Shown: positions 28,001-40,000 of the stretch, piece by piece | How positions within the stretch are numbered: position 1 is the stretch's first letter | Layout of the letters: every line of letters begins with the position of its first letter | From: Obrimoposthia wandeli | Lineage: Eukaryota | DNA: 64,000 nucleotides | Reading direction: 5' to 3' | Assembly (NCBI GenBank): GCA_977020255.1 | Contig: CDROCS010001361.1 | Span: 186,001 to 250,000, forward strand | Made by a program: the position numbers and the translations under genes | Notes under the pieces: model-generated | Database searches by the model: none | What the model was told of the DNA's origin: nothing | Seen by the model: only the letters and a program-made list of their open reading frames with translations

Positions 28001-31000
28001 CAAGAGACTGACTGACATCAAAGTGACACCAAAGGTAACGAAAGAAGACGAAGATAAATTGAGACCAAATCCCAAAAAGCCGAAAGACGGTTTGGTTTTG
28101 ACTACAGGAACCAAGAAGATCGTGGTAAGAATCAGTGAGGGCAAGAAACCGACGAAGCCGAACAGAATCACGAGAACTGGCCTGAAATTCCCAGACGAAA
28201 CGCCAGACAAGAAGGTGGGCGACATCTTTGAGTCAGTAACGGTGACGTTTGTGAAAGAAGTCAAACCGAAGAAGGGCAGCAACGAACCGAGAAGAGTAAA
28301 ACAGATTATCACAGTACCGAAAACGAGCACTCTAAAGAAACTGAATAATGTCGTCAGCGACAGCAAGACACCACGAAATGTGAAGAAGATCATTATTGAG
28401 TTGGTGGTGAAGAAGCCAGTAAAGACTACATTGAACGTGAAAGGTTGCGTGAAGAGACGCATTGTGACGACAAGCACAACGAAGAAGAGCAAACCCGAAA
28501 CGACAACAACAACAAAGAAGCCGGTCAAGGCCTGCACAATCAAGAAAATCTTGCAAGACAAGAGACTGACTGACATCAAAGTGACACCAAAGGTAACGAA
28601 AGAAGACGAAGATAAATTGAGACCAAATCCCAAAAAGCCGAAAGACGGTTTGGTCTTTACTTTAGGAAACAAGAAAGTAGTTATTACAATCAATGAAGAG
28701 GTCAAATCTGAGATTCCGAACCGAATTATATCAACTGGTTTGATTTTGTTTAAAGAGAAAAATTGCACAAAAATTGGCGAGTTATTCGAATTTATTACTG
28801 TTATTTTCGTTATTGAATTTAAACCTGAAAATAAAAATAAATTACCGGTTACGATAAATGAAATTATTGGAGTTCCAAAAGATAAAAATTTGCAATCTCT
28901 AAAAAATGTTCTGAATGAGCGCAAAAATATCAGAGGTGTGAAACTGATCATTTTTGAATTTAGTCTGAAGAAAGTCGTTACGATGAGCCTAAATATTAAA
29001 GGTTGCTGGCGAAAACGTATTGAGGTGAAAAAATGTAACATTTTACGAAATAAATTTTTAACAAGAATTACAGTTATACCGAAAGTGAAGAAAGGTGAAA
29101 AGGAGAAATTGAGACCTAACCCAGCAAACCCGAAGGACGGCCTTTTATTACCTAAAGGACCTAGAACTGTCAATGTTACATTTACTGGACAAACGATTAC
29201 TGGTAAAAGAGTTTTAGCAACAGGAATAATTTTACCGACAGTTAAGAATTGTACAAAAGTTGGTCAGATGTTCAAGTTTATTAATGTGACATTTATAATA
29301 GAAGGCAAAGTCGATTCAAGTAATAAAAAACAAATACTTGAAAAAGAGACTTTAACTGTCTCAAATAAAACAAATTTGCAAGCATTAAAAAATATTTTAA
29401 ACGAACAGAAAAATCTGAAAAATGTCAGAAAAATAATATTTAAATTTAATTTAATCAAAAAGGTGAAAGTTTTATTATATATAAAAAGGTGTTGGAAAAC
29501 TTTTATTGAAGAAAAATCGTCAACAACAAAAACAACTAAATATTGTACTAAAAGAAATATCATCAAAGACAGAAAGTTGACAACAATCAAAGCTACGAGT
29601 GGCCTTAAGAAGGGCGACGAAAAGAAACTGCGACCAGACCCAAGTAAGCCAAAGGAGGGCTTGGTCTTGAAGCCCGGAGTGAAGAAGATTGAAGTGATAG
29701 TTAGCAAAGGAACACCGACTGAAAAAGTAGAAAAGGTGACTGCTGTAGGAGTGAAGCTTGTAGACAAAAAGCCAACAGACAAGGTTAGCGAAGTATTTGA
29801 TAGCATTAAATTCATTGTCGAAAGCGAAACAAAAGAAAAGAAACCTGACGGAAGCAAGAAAACCAAAACTACTACCATTGTGGTACCGAAGACGGCAACA
29901 GTGAAGGATGTGAAAAATGTACTGAAATCGGAGATTCCAAAGGTAACGAAGATCACGCTTGAGACAAAGGTGAAGAAGGATGTGAAGGTGACTCTGAATG
30001 TGAAGGGTTGTGTGAAAAACAAGACACAAACAACAACTCCAGCCGTAAAAGAACAAGCGTTTGTTTGCAAGAAACCAGTAGCACTGATCCAGAAAAAGAA
30101 GATGGTGGCTGTAAAAGCAACACCAACGTTGAAGAAGGGCGACGAAACGAAGATAAGATTTGATCCCAAAAAACCGAAACAGGCCGCACAGCTGGGTGCT
30201 GGAAAACAAGTAATTGAAGTTACACTACCCGAAGGTCAGAAGATTGCTGTAGTGAAATTCGGACTGGTATTTGGCGAGGAGAAGGATACAACAGATGCAA
30301 AGAAGGTTGTTAAGAATGTCGAATTGGTTATGACAAGAATCAGATCATCGTATGGTAAATTGGTTGGCAGAGACAAGAAGGTCAAAGTGCAGAAATTGAA
30401 AACAGTGAAAGACCTAAAGAACCTGATGGCAATTAGACAGGTGACTAATGTGAACAAAGTTGTACTGAAGTTCGAAACCGTCAAGGCTGTGAAGGTGGCT
30501 GTTAAATTCTCTGGGTGTAAACAACCAAAGAGAGTGACAACAACAACCAAATCAACGAAGAAATGCACCGGAAAGAAGATCATCGAAGACAAAAGTTGAC
30601 AACAATCAAAGGTACGAGTGGCCTTAAGAAGGGCGACGAAAAGAAACTGCGACCAGACCAAGTAAGCCAAAGGAGGGCTTGGTCTTGAAGCCAGTGAAGA
30701 AGATTGAAGTGATAGTTAGCAAAGGAACACCGACTGAAAAAGTAGAAAAGGTGACTGCTGTAGGAGTGAAGCTTGTAGACAAAAAGCCAACAGACAAGGT
30801 TAGCGAAGTATTTGATAGCATTAAATTCATTGTCGAAAGCGAAACAAAAGAAAAAAACCTGACGGAAGCAAGAAAACCAAAACTACTACCATTGTGGTAC
30901 CGAAGACGGCAACAGTGAAGGATGTGAAAAATGTACTGAAATCGGAGATTCCAAAGGTAACGAAGATCACGCTTGAGACAAAGGTGAAGAAGGATGTGAA

Positions 31001-34000
31001 GGTGACTCTGAATGTGAAGGGTTGTGTGAAAAACAAGACACAAACAACAACTCCAGCCGTAAAAGAACAAGCGTTTGTTTGCAAGAAACCAGTAGCACTG
31101 ATCCAGAAAAAGAAGATGGTGGCTGTAAAAGCAACACCAACGTTGAAGAAGGGCGACGAAACGAAGATAAGATTTGATCCCAAAAAACCGAAACAGGCCG
31201 CACAGCTGGGTGCTGGAAAACAAGTAATTGAAGTTACACTACCCGAAGGTCAGAAGATTGCTGTAGTGAAATTCGGACTGGTATTTGGCGAGGAGAAGGA
31301 TACAACAGATGCAAAGAAGGTTGTTAAGAATGTCGAATTGGTTATGACAAGAATCAGATCATCGTATGGTAAATTGGTTGGCAGAGACAAGAAGGTCAAA
31401 GTGCAGAAATTGAAAACAGTGAAAGACCTAAAGAACCTGATGGCAATTAGACAGGTGACTAATGTGAACAAAGTTGTACTGAAGTTCGAAACCGTCAAGG
31501 CTGTGAAGGTGGCTGTTAAATTCTCTGGGTGTAAACAACCAAAGAGAGTGACAACAACAACCAAATCAACGAAGAAATGCACCGGAAAGAAGATCATCGA
31601 AGACAAAAAGTTGACAACAATCAAAGGTACGAGTGGCCTTAAGAAGGGCGACGAAAAGAAACTGCGACCAGACCCAAGTAAGCCAAAGGAGGGCTTGGTC
31701 TTGAAGCCCGGAGTGAAGAAGATTGAAGTGATAGTTAGCAAAGGAACACCGACTGAAAAAGTAGAAAAGGTGACTGCTGTAGGAGTGAAGCTTGTAGACA
31801 AAAAGCCAACAGACAAGGTTAGCGAAGTATTTGATAGCATTAAATTCATTGTCGAAAGCGAAACAAAAGAAAAGAAACCTGACGGAAGCAAGAAAACCAA
31901 AACTACTACCATTGTGGTACCGAAGACGGCAACAGTGAAGGATGTGAAAAATGTACTGAAATCGGAGATTCCAAAGGTAACGAAGATCACGCTTGAGACA
32001 AAGGTGAAGAAGGATGTGAAGGTGACTCTGAATGTGAAGGGTTGTGTGAAAAACAAGACACAAACAACAACTCCAGCCGTAAAGAACAAGCGTTTGTTTG
32101 CAAGAAACCAGTAGCACTGATCCAGAAAAAGAAGATGGTGGCTGTAAAAGCAACACCAACGTTGAAGAAGGGCGACGAAACGAAGATAAGATTTGATCCC
32201 AAAAAACCGAAACAGGCCGCACAGCTGGGTGCTGGAAAACAAGTAATTGAAGTTACACTACCCGAAGGTCAGAAGATTGCTGTAGTGAAATTCGGACTGG
32301 TATTTGGCGAGGAGAAGGATACAACAGATGCAAAGAAGGTTGTTAAGAATGTCGAATTGGTTATGACAAGAATCAGATCATCGTATGGTAAATTGGTTGG
32401 CAGAGACAAGAAGGTCAAAGTGCAGAAATTGAAAACAGTGAAAGACCTAAAGAACCTGATGGCAATTAGACAGGTGACTAATGTGAACAAAGTTGTACTG
32501 AAGTTCGAAACCGTCAAGGCTGTGAAGGTGGCTGTTAAATTCTCTGGGTGTAAACAACCAAAGAGAGTGACAACAACAACCAAATCAACGAAGAAATGCA
32601 CCGGAAAGAAGATCATCGAAGACAAAAAGTTGACAACAATCAAAGGTACGAGTGGCCTTAAGAAGGGCGACGAAAAGAAACTGCGACCAGACCCAAGTAA
32701 GCCAAAGGAGGGCTTGGTCTTGAAGCCCGGAGTGAAGAAGATTGAAGTGATAGTTAGCAAAGGAACACCGACTGAAAAAGTAGAAAAGGTGACTGCTGTA
32801 GGAGTGAAGCTTGTAGACAAAAAGCCAACAGACAAGGTTAGCGAAGTATTTGATAGCATTAAATTCATTGTCGAAAGCGAAACAAAAGAAAAGAAACCTG
32901 ACGGAAGCAAGAAAACCAAAACTACTACCATTGTGGTACCGAAGACGGCAACAGTGAAGGATGTGAAAAATGTACTGAAATCGGAGATTCCAAAGGTAAC
33001 GAAGATCACGCTTGAGACAAAGGTGAAGAAGGATGTGAAGGTGACTCTGAATGTGAAGGGTTGTGTGAAAAACAAGACACAAACAACAACTCCAGCCGTA
33101 AAAGAACAAGCGTTTGTTTGCAAGAAACCAGTAGCACTGATCCAGAAAAAGAAGATGGTGGCTGTAAAAGCAACACCAACGTTGAAGAAGGGCGACGAAA
33201 CGAAGATAAGATTTGATCCCAAAAAACCGAAACAGGCCGCACAGCTGGGTGCTGGAAAACAAGTAATTGAAGTTACACTACCCGAAGGTCAGAAGATTGC
33301 TGTAGTGAAATTCGGACTGGTATTTGGCGAGGAGAAGGATACAACAGATGCAAAGAAGGTTGTTAAGAATGTCGAATTGGTTATGACAAGAATCAGATCA
33401 TCGTATGGTAAATTGGTTGGCAGAGACAAGAAGGTCAAAGTGCAGAAATTGAAAACAGTGAAAGACCTAAAGAACCTGATGGCAATTAGACAGGTGACTA
33501 ATGTGAACAAAGTTGTACTGAAGTTCGAAACCGTCAAGGCTGTGAAGGTGGCTGTTAAATTCTCTGGGTGTAAACAACCAAAGAGAGTGACAACAACAAC
33601 CAAATCAACGAAGAAATGCACCGGAAAGAAGATCATCGAAGACAAAAAGTTGACAACAATCAAAGGTACGAGTGGCCTTAAGAAGGGCGACGAAAAGAAA
33701 CTGCGACCAGACCCAAGTAAGCCAAAGGAGGGCTTGGTCTTGAAGCCAGTGAAGAAGATTGAAGTGATAGTTAGCAAAGGAACACCGACTGAAAAAGTAG
33801 AAAAGGTGACTGCTGTAGGAGTGAAGCTTGTAGACAAAAAGCCAACAGACAAGGTTAGCGAAGTATTTGATAGCATTAAATTCATTGTCGAAAGCGAAAC
33901 AAAAGAAAAAAACCTGACGGAAGCAAGAAAACCAAAACTACTACCATTGTGGTACCGAAGACGGCAACAGTGAAGGATGTGAAAAATGTACTGAAATCGG

Positions 34001-37000
34001 AGATTCCAAAGGTAACGAAGATCACGCTTGAGACAAAGGTGAAGAAGGATGTGAAGGTGACTCTGAATGTGAAGGGTTGTGTGAAAAACAAGACACAAAC
34101 AACAACTCCAGCCGTAAAAGAACAAGCGTTTGTTTGCAAGAAACCAGTAGCACTGATCCAGAAAAAGAAGATGGTGGCTGTAAAAGCAACACCAACGTTG
34201 AAGAAGGGCGACGAAACGAAGATAAGATTTGATCCCAAAAAACCGAAACAGGCCGCACAGCTGGGTGCTGGAAAACAAGTAATTGAAGTTACACTACCCG
34301 AAGGTCAGAAGATTGCTGTAGTGAAATTCGGACTGGTATTTGGCGAGGAGAAGGATACAACAGATGCAAAGAAGGTTGTTAAGAATGTCGAATTGGTTAT
34401 GACAAGAATCAGATCATCGTATGGTAAATTGGTTGGCAGAGACAAGAAGGTCAAAGTGCAGAAATTGAAAACAGTGAAAGACCTAAAGAACCTGATGGCA
34501 ATTAGACAGGTGACTAATGTGAACAAAGTTGTACTGAAGTTCGAAACCGTCAAGGCTGTGAAGGTGGCTGTTAAATTCTCTGGGTGTAAACAACCAAAGA
34601 GAGTGACAACAACAACCAAATCAACGAAGAAATGCACCGGAAAGAAGATCATCGAAGACAAAAAGTTGACAACAATCAAAGGTACGAGTGGCCTTAAGAA
34701 GGGCGACGAAAAGAAACTGCGACCAGACCCAAGTAAGCCAAAGGAGGGCTTGGTCTTGAAGCCCGGAGTGAAGAAGATTGAAGTGATAGTTAGCAAAGGA
34801 ACACCGACTGAAAAAGTAGAAAAGGTGACTGCTGTAGGAGTGAAGCTTGTAGACAAAAAGCCAACAGACAAGGTTAGCGAAGTATTTGATAGCATTAAAT
34901 TCATTGTCGAAAGCGAAACAAAAGAAAAGAAACCTGACGGAAGCAAGAAAACCAAAACTACTACCATTGTGGTACCGAAGACGGCAACAGTGAAGGATGT
35001 GAAAAATGTACTGAAATCGGAGATTCCAAAGGTAACGAAGATCACGCTTGAGACAAAGGTGAAGAAGGATGTGAAGGTGACTCTGAATGTGAAGGGTTGT
35101 GTGAAAAACAAGACACAAACAACAACTCCAGCCGTAAAAGAACAAGCGTTTGTTTGCAAGAAACCAGTAGCACTGATCCAGAAAAAGAAGATGGTGGCTG
35201 TAAAAGCAACACCAACGTTGAAACAGAAGAACGAAACGCAGAAAAGATTTGATCCCAAAAAACCGAAACAGGCCGCACAGCTGGGTGCTGGAAAACAAGT
35301 AATTGAAGTTACACTACCCGAAGGTCAGAAGATTGCTGTAGTGAAATTCGGACTGGTATTTGGCGAGGAGAAGGATACAACAGATGCAAAGAAGGTTGTT
35401 AAGAATGTCGAATTGGTTATGACAAGAATCAGATCATCGTATGGTAAATTGGTTGGCAGAGACAAGAAGGTCAAAGTGCAGAAATTGAAAACAGTGAAAG
35501 ACCTAAAGAACCTGATGGCAATTAGACAGGTGACTAATGTGAACAAAGTTGTACTGAAGTTCGAAACCGTCAAGGCTGTGAAGGTGGCTGTTAAATTCTC
35601 TGGGTGTAAACAACCAAAGAGAGTGACAACAACAACCAAATCAACGAAGAAATGCACCGGAAAGAAGATCATCGAAGACAAAAAGTTGACAACAATCAAA
35701 GGTACGAGTGGCCTTAAGAAGGGCGACGAAAAGAAACTGCGACCAGACCCAAGTAAGCCAAAGGAGGGCTTGGTCTTGAAGCCCGGAGTGAAGAAGATTG
35801 AAGTGATAGTTAGCAAAGGAACACCGACTGAAAAAGTAGAAAAGGTGACTGCTGTAGGAGTGAAGCTTGTAGACAAAAAGCCAACAGACAAGGTTAGCGA
35901 AGTATTTGATAGCATTAAATTCATTGTCGAAAGCGAAACAAAAGAAAAGAAACCTGACGGAAGCAAGAAAACCAAAACTACTACCATTGTGGTACCGAAG
36001 ACGGCAACAGTGAAGGATGTGAAAAATGTACTGAAATCGGAGATTCCAAAGGTAACGAAGATCACGCTTGAGACAAAGGTGAAGAAGGATGTGAAGGTGA
36101 CTCTGAATGTGAAGGGTTGTGTGAAAAACAAGACACAAACAACAACTCCAGCCGTAAAAGAACAAGCGTTTGTTTGCAAGAAACCAGTAGCACTGATCCA
36201 GAAAAAGAAGATGGTGGCTGTAAAAGCAACACCAACGTTGAAGAAGGGCGACGAAACGAAGATAAGATTTGATCCCAAAAAACCGAAACAGGCCGCACAG
36301 CTGGGTGCTGGAAAACAAGTAATTGAAGTTACACTACCCGAAGGTCAGAAGATTGCTGTAGTGAAATTCGGACTGGTATTTGGCGAGGAGAAGGATACAA
36401 CAGATGCAAAGAAGGTTGTTAAGAATGTCGAATTGGTTATGACAAGAATCAGATCATCGTATGGTAAATTGGTTGGCAGAGACAAGAAGGTCAAAGTGCA
36501 GAAATTGAAAACAGTGAAAGACCTAAAGAACCTGATGGCAATTAGACAGGTGACTAATGTGAACAAAGTTGTACTGAAGTTCGAAACCGTCAAGGCTGTG
36601 AAGGTGGCTGTTAAATTCTCTGGGTGTAAACAACCAAAGAGAGTGACAACAACAACCAAATCAACGAAGAAATGCACCGGAAAGAAGATCATCGAAGACA
36701 AAAGTTGACAACAATCAAAGGTACGAGTGGCCTTAAGAAGGGCGACGAAAAGAAACTGCGACCAGACCCAAGTAAGCCAAAGGAGGGCTTGGTCTTGAAG
36801 CCCGGAGTGAAGAAGATTGAAGTGATAGTTAGCAAAGGAACACCGACTGAAAAAGTAGAAAAGGTGACTGCTGTAGGAGTGAAGCTTGTAGACAAAAAGC
36901 CAACAGACAAGGTTAGCGAAGTATTTGATAGCATTAAATTCATTGTCGAAAGCGAAACAAAAGAAAAGAAACCTGACGGAAGCAAGAAAACCAAAACTAC

Positions 37001-40000
37001 TACCATTGTGGTACCGAAGACGGCAACAGTGAAGGATGTGAAAAATGTACTGAAATCGGAGATTCCAAAGGTAACGAAGATCACGCTTGAGACAAAGGTG
37101 AAGAAGGATGTGAAGGTGACTCTGAATGTGAAGGGTTGTGTGAAAAACAAGACACAAACAACAACTCCAGCCGTAAAAGAACAAGCGTTTGTTTGCAAGA
37201 AACCAGTAGCACTGATCCAGAAAAAGAAGATGGTGGCTGTAAAAGCAACACCAACGTTGAAGAAGGGCGACGAAACGAAGATAAGATTTGATCCCAAAAA
37301 ACCGAAACAGGCCGCACAGCTGGGTGCTGGAAAACAAGTAATTGAAGTTACACTACCCGAAGGTCAGAAGATTGCTGTAGTGAAATTCGGACTGGTATTT
37401 GGCGAGGAGAAGGATACAACAGATGCAAAGAAGGTTGTTAAGAATGTCGAATTGGTTATGACAAGAATCAGATCATCGTATGGTAAATTGGTTGGCAGAG
37501 ACAAGAAGGTCAAAGTGCAGAAATTGAAAACAGTGAAAGACCTAAAGAACCTGATGGCAATTAGACAGGTGACTAATGTGAACAAAGTTGTACTGAAGTT
37601 CGAAACCGTCAAGGCTGTGAAGGTGGCTGTTAAATTCTCTGGGTGTAAACAACCAAAGAGAGTGACAACAACAACCAAATCAACGAAGAAATGCACCGGA
37701 AAGAAGATCATCGAAGACAAAAAGTTGACAACAATCAAAGGTACGAGTGGCCTTAAGAAGGGCGACGAAAAGAAACTGCGACCAGACCCAAGTAAGCCAA
37801 AGGAGGGCTTGGTCTTGAAGCCCGGAGTGAAGAAGATTGAAGTGATAGTTAGCAAAGGAACACCGACTGAAAAAGTAGAAAAGGTGACTGCTGTAGGAGT
37901 GAAGCTTGTAGACAAAAAGCCAACAGACAAGGTTAGCGAAGTATTTGATAGCATTAAATTCATTGTCGAAAGCGAAACAAAAGAAAAGAAACCTGACGGA
38001 AGCAAGAAAACCAAAACTACTACCATTGTGGTACCGAAGACGGCAACAGTGAAGGATGTGAAAAATGTACTGAAATCGGAGATTCCAAAGGTAACGAAGA
38101 TCACGCTTGAGACAAAGGTGAAGAAGGATGTGAAGGTGACTCTGAATGTGAAGGGTTGTGTGAAAAACAAGACACAAACAACAACTCCAGCCGTAAAAGA
38201 ACAAGCGTTTGTTTGCAAGAAACCAGTAGCACTGATCCAGAAAAAGAAGATGGTGGCTGTAAAAGCAACACCAACGTTGAAGAAGGGCGACGAAACGAAG
38301 ATAAGATTTGATCCCAAAAAACCGAAACAGGCCGCACAGCTGGGTGCTGGAAAACAAGTAATTGAAGTTACACTACCCGAAGGTCAGAAGATTGCTGTAG
38401 TGAAATTCGGACTGGTATTTGGCGAGGAGAAGGATACAACAGATGCAAAGAAGGTTGTTAAGAATGTCGAATTGGTTATGACAAGAATCAGATCATCGTA
38501 TGGTAAATTGGTTGGCAGAGACAAGAAGGTCAAAGTGCAGAAATTGAAAACAGTGAAAGACCTAAAGAACCTGATGGCAATTAGACAGGTGACTAATGTG
38601 AACAAAGTTGTACTGAAGTTCGAAACCGTCAAGGCTGTGAAGGTGGCTGTTAAATTCTCTGGGTGTAAACAACCAAAGAGAGTGACAACAACAACCAAAT
38701 CAACGAAGAAATGCACCGGAAAGAAGATCATCGAAGACAAAAAGTTGACAACAATCAAAGGTACGAGTGGCCTTAAGAAGGGCGACGAAAAGAAACTGCG
38801 ACCAGACCCAAGTAAGCCAAAGGAGGGCTTGGTCTTGAAGCCCGGAGTGAAGAAGATTGAAGTGATAGTTAGCAAAGGAACACCGACTGAAAAAGTAGAA
38901 AAGGTGACTGCTGTAGGAGTGAAGCTTGTAGACAAAAAGCCAACAGACAAGGTTAGCGAAGTATTTGATAGCATTAAATTCATTGTCGAAAGCGAAACAA
39001 AAGAAAAGAAACCTGACGGAAGCAAGAAAACCAAAACTACTACCATTGTGGTACCGAAGACGGCAACAGTGAAGGATGTGAAAAATGTACTGAAATCGGA
39101 GATTCCAAAGGTAACGAAGATCACGCTTGAGACAAAGGTGAAGAAGGATGTGAAGGTGACTCTGAATGTGAAGGGTTGTGTGAAAAACAAGACACAAACA
39201 ACAACTCCAGCCGTAAAAGAACAAGCGTTTGTTTGCAAGAAACCAGTAGCACTGATCCAGAAAAAGAAGATGGTGGCTGTAAAAGCAACACCAACGTTGA
39301 AGAAGGGCGACGAAACGAAGATAAGATTTGATCCCAAAAAACCGAAACAGGCCGCACAGCTGGGTGCTGGAAAACAAGTAATTGAAGTTACACTACCCGA
39401 AGGTCAGAAGATTGCTGTAGTGAAATTCGGACTGGTATTTGGCGAGGAGAAGGATACAACAGATGCAAAGAAGGTTGTTAAGAATGTCGAATTGGTTATG
39501 ACAAGAATCAGATCATCGTATGGTAAATTGGTTGGCAGAGACAAGAAGGTCAAAGTGCAGAAATTGAAAACAGTGAAAGACCTAAAGAACCTGATGGCAA
39601 TTAGACAGGTGACTAATGTGAACAAAGTTGTACTGAAGTTCGAAACCGTCAAGGCTGTGAAGGTGGCTGTTAAATTCTCTGGGTGTAAACAACCAAAGAG
39701 AGTGACAACAACAACCAAATCAACGAAGAAATGCACCGGAAAGAAGATCATCGAAGACAAAAAGTTGACAACAATCAAAGGTACGAGTGGCCTTAAGAAG
39801 GGCGACGAAAAGAAACTGCGACCAGACCCAAGTAAGCCAAAGGAGGGCTTGGTCTTGAAGCCCGGAGTGAAGAAGATTGAAGTGATAGTTAGCAAAGGAA
39901 CACCGACTGAAAAAGTAGAAAAGGTGACTGCTGTAGGAGTGAAGCTTGTAGACAAAAAGCCAACAGACAAGGTTAGCGAAGTATTTGATAGCATTAAATT

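Noticed and set aside
3787-29173. Very long hydrophobic minus-strand ORFs (2850, 921, 3514 aa etc.) resembling polytopic membrane proteins
   Set aside because: Antisense shadow. In that frame a stop needs a sense codon starting TA or CA after a pyrimidine, and the sense protein almost lacks Tyr/His/Gln. The F/L/V content simply mirrors K/T/E codons. There are no splice or start signals.
14530-35250. Isolated multi-substitution patches (TQRNSE at about 14535, KYFLV at about 18040, KQKNETQKR at about 35221)
   Set aside because: Each occurs once as a 15-30 nt garbled patch in otherwise identical copies. This is more typical of base-calling or consensus noise than of targeted diversification, and there is no template or RT nearby to suggest a DGR-like system.
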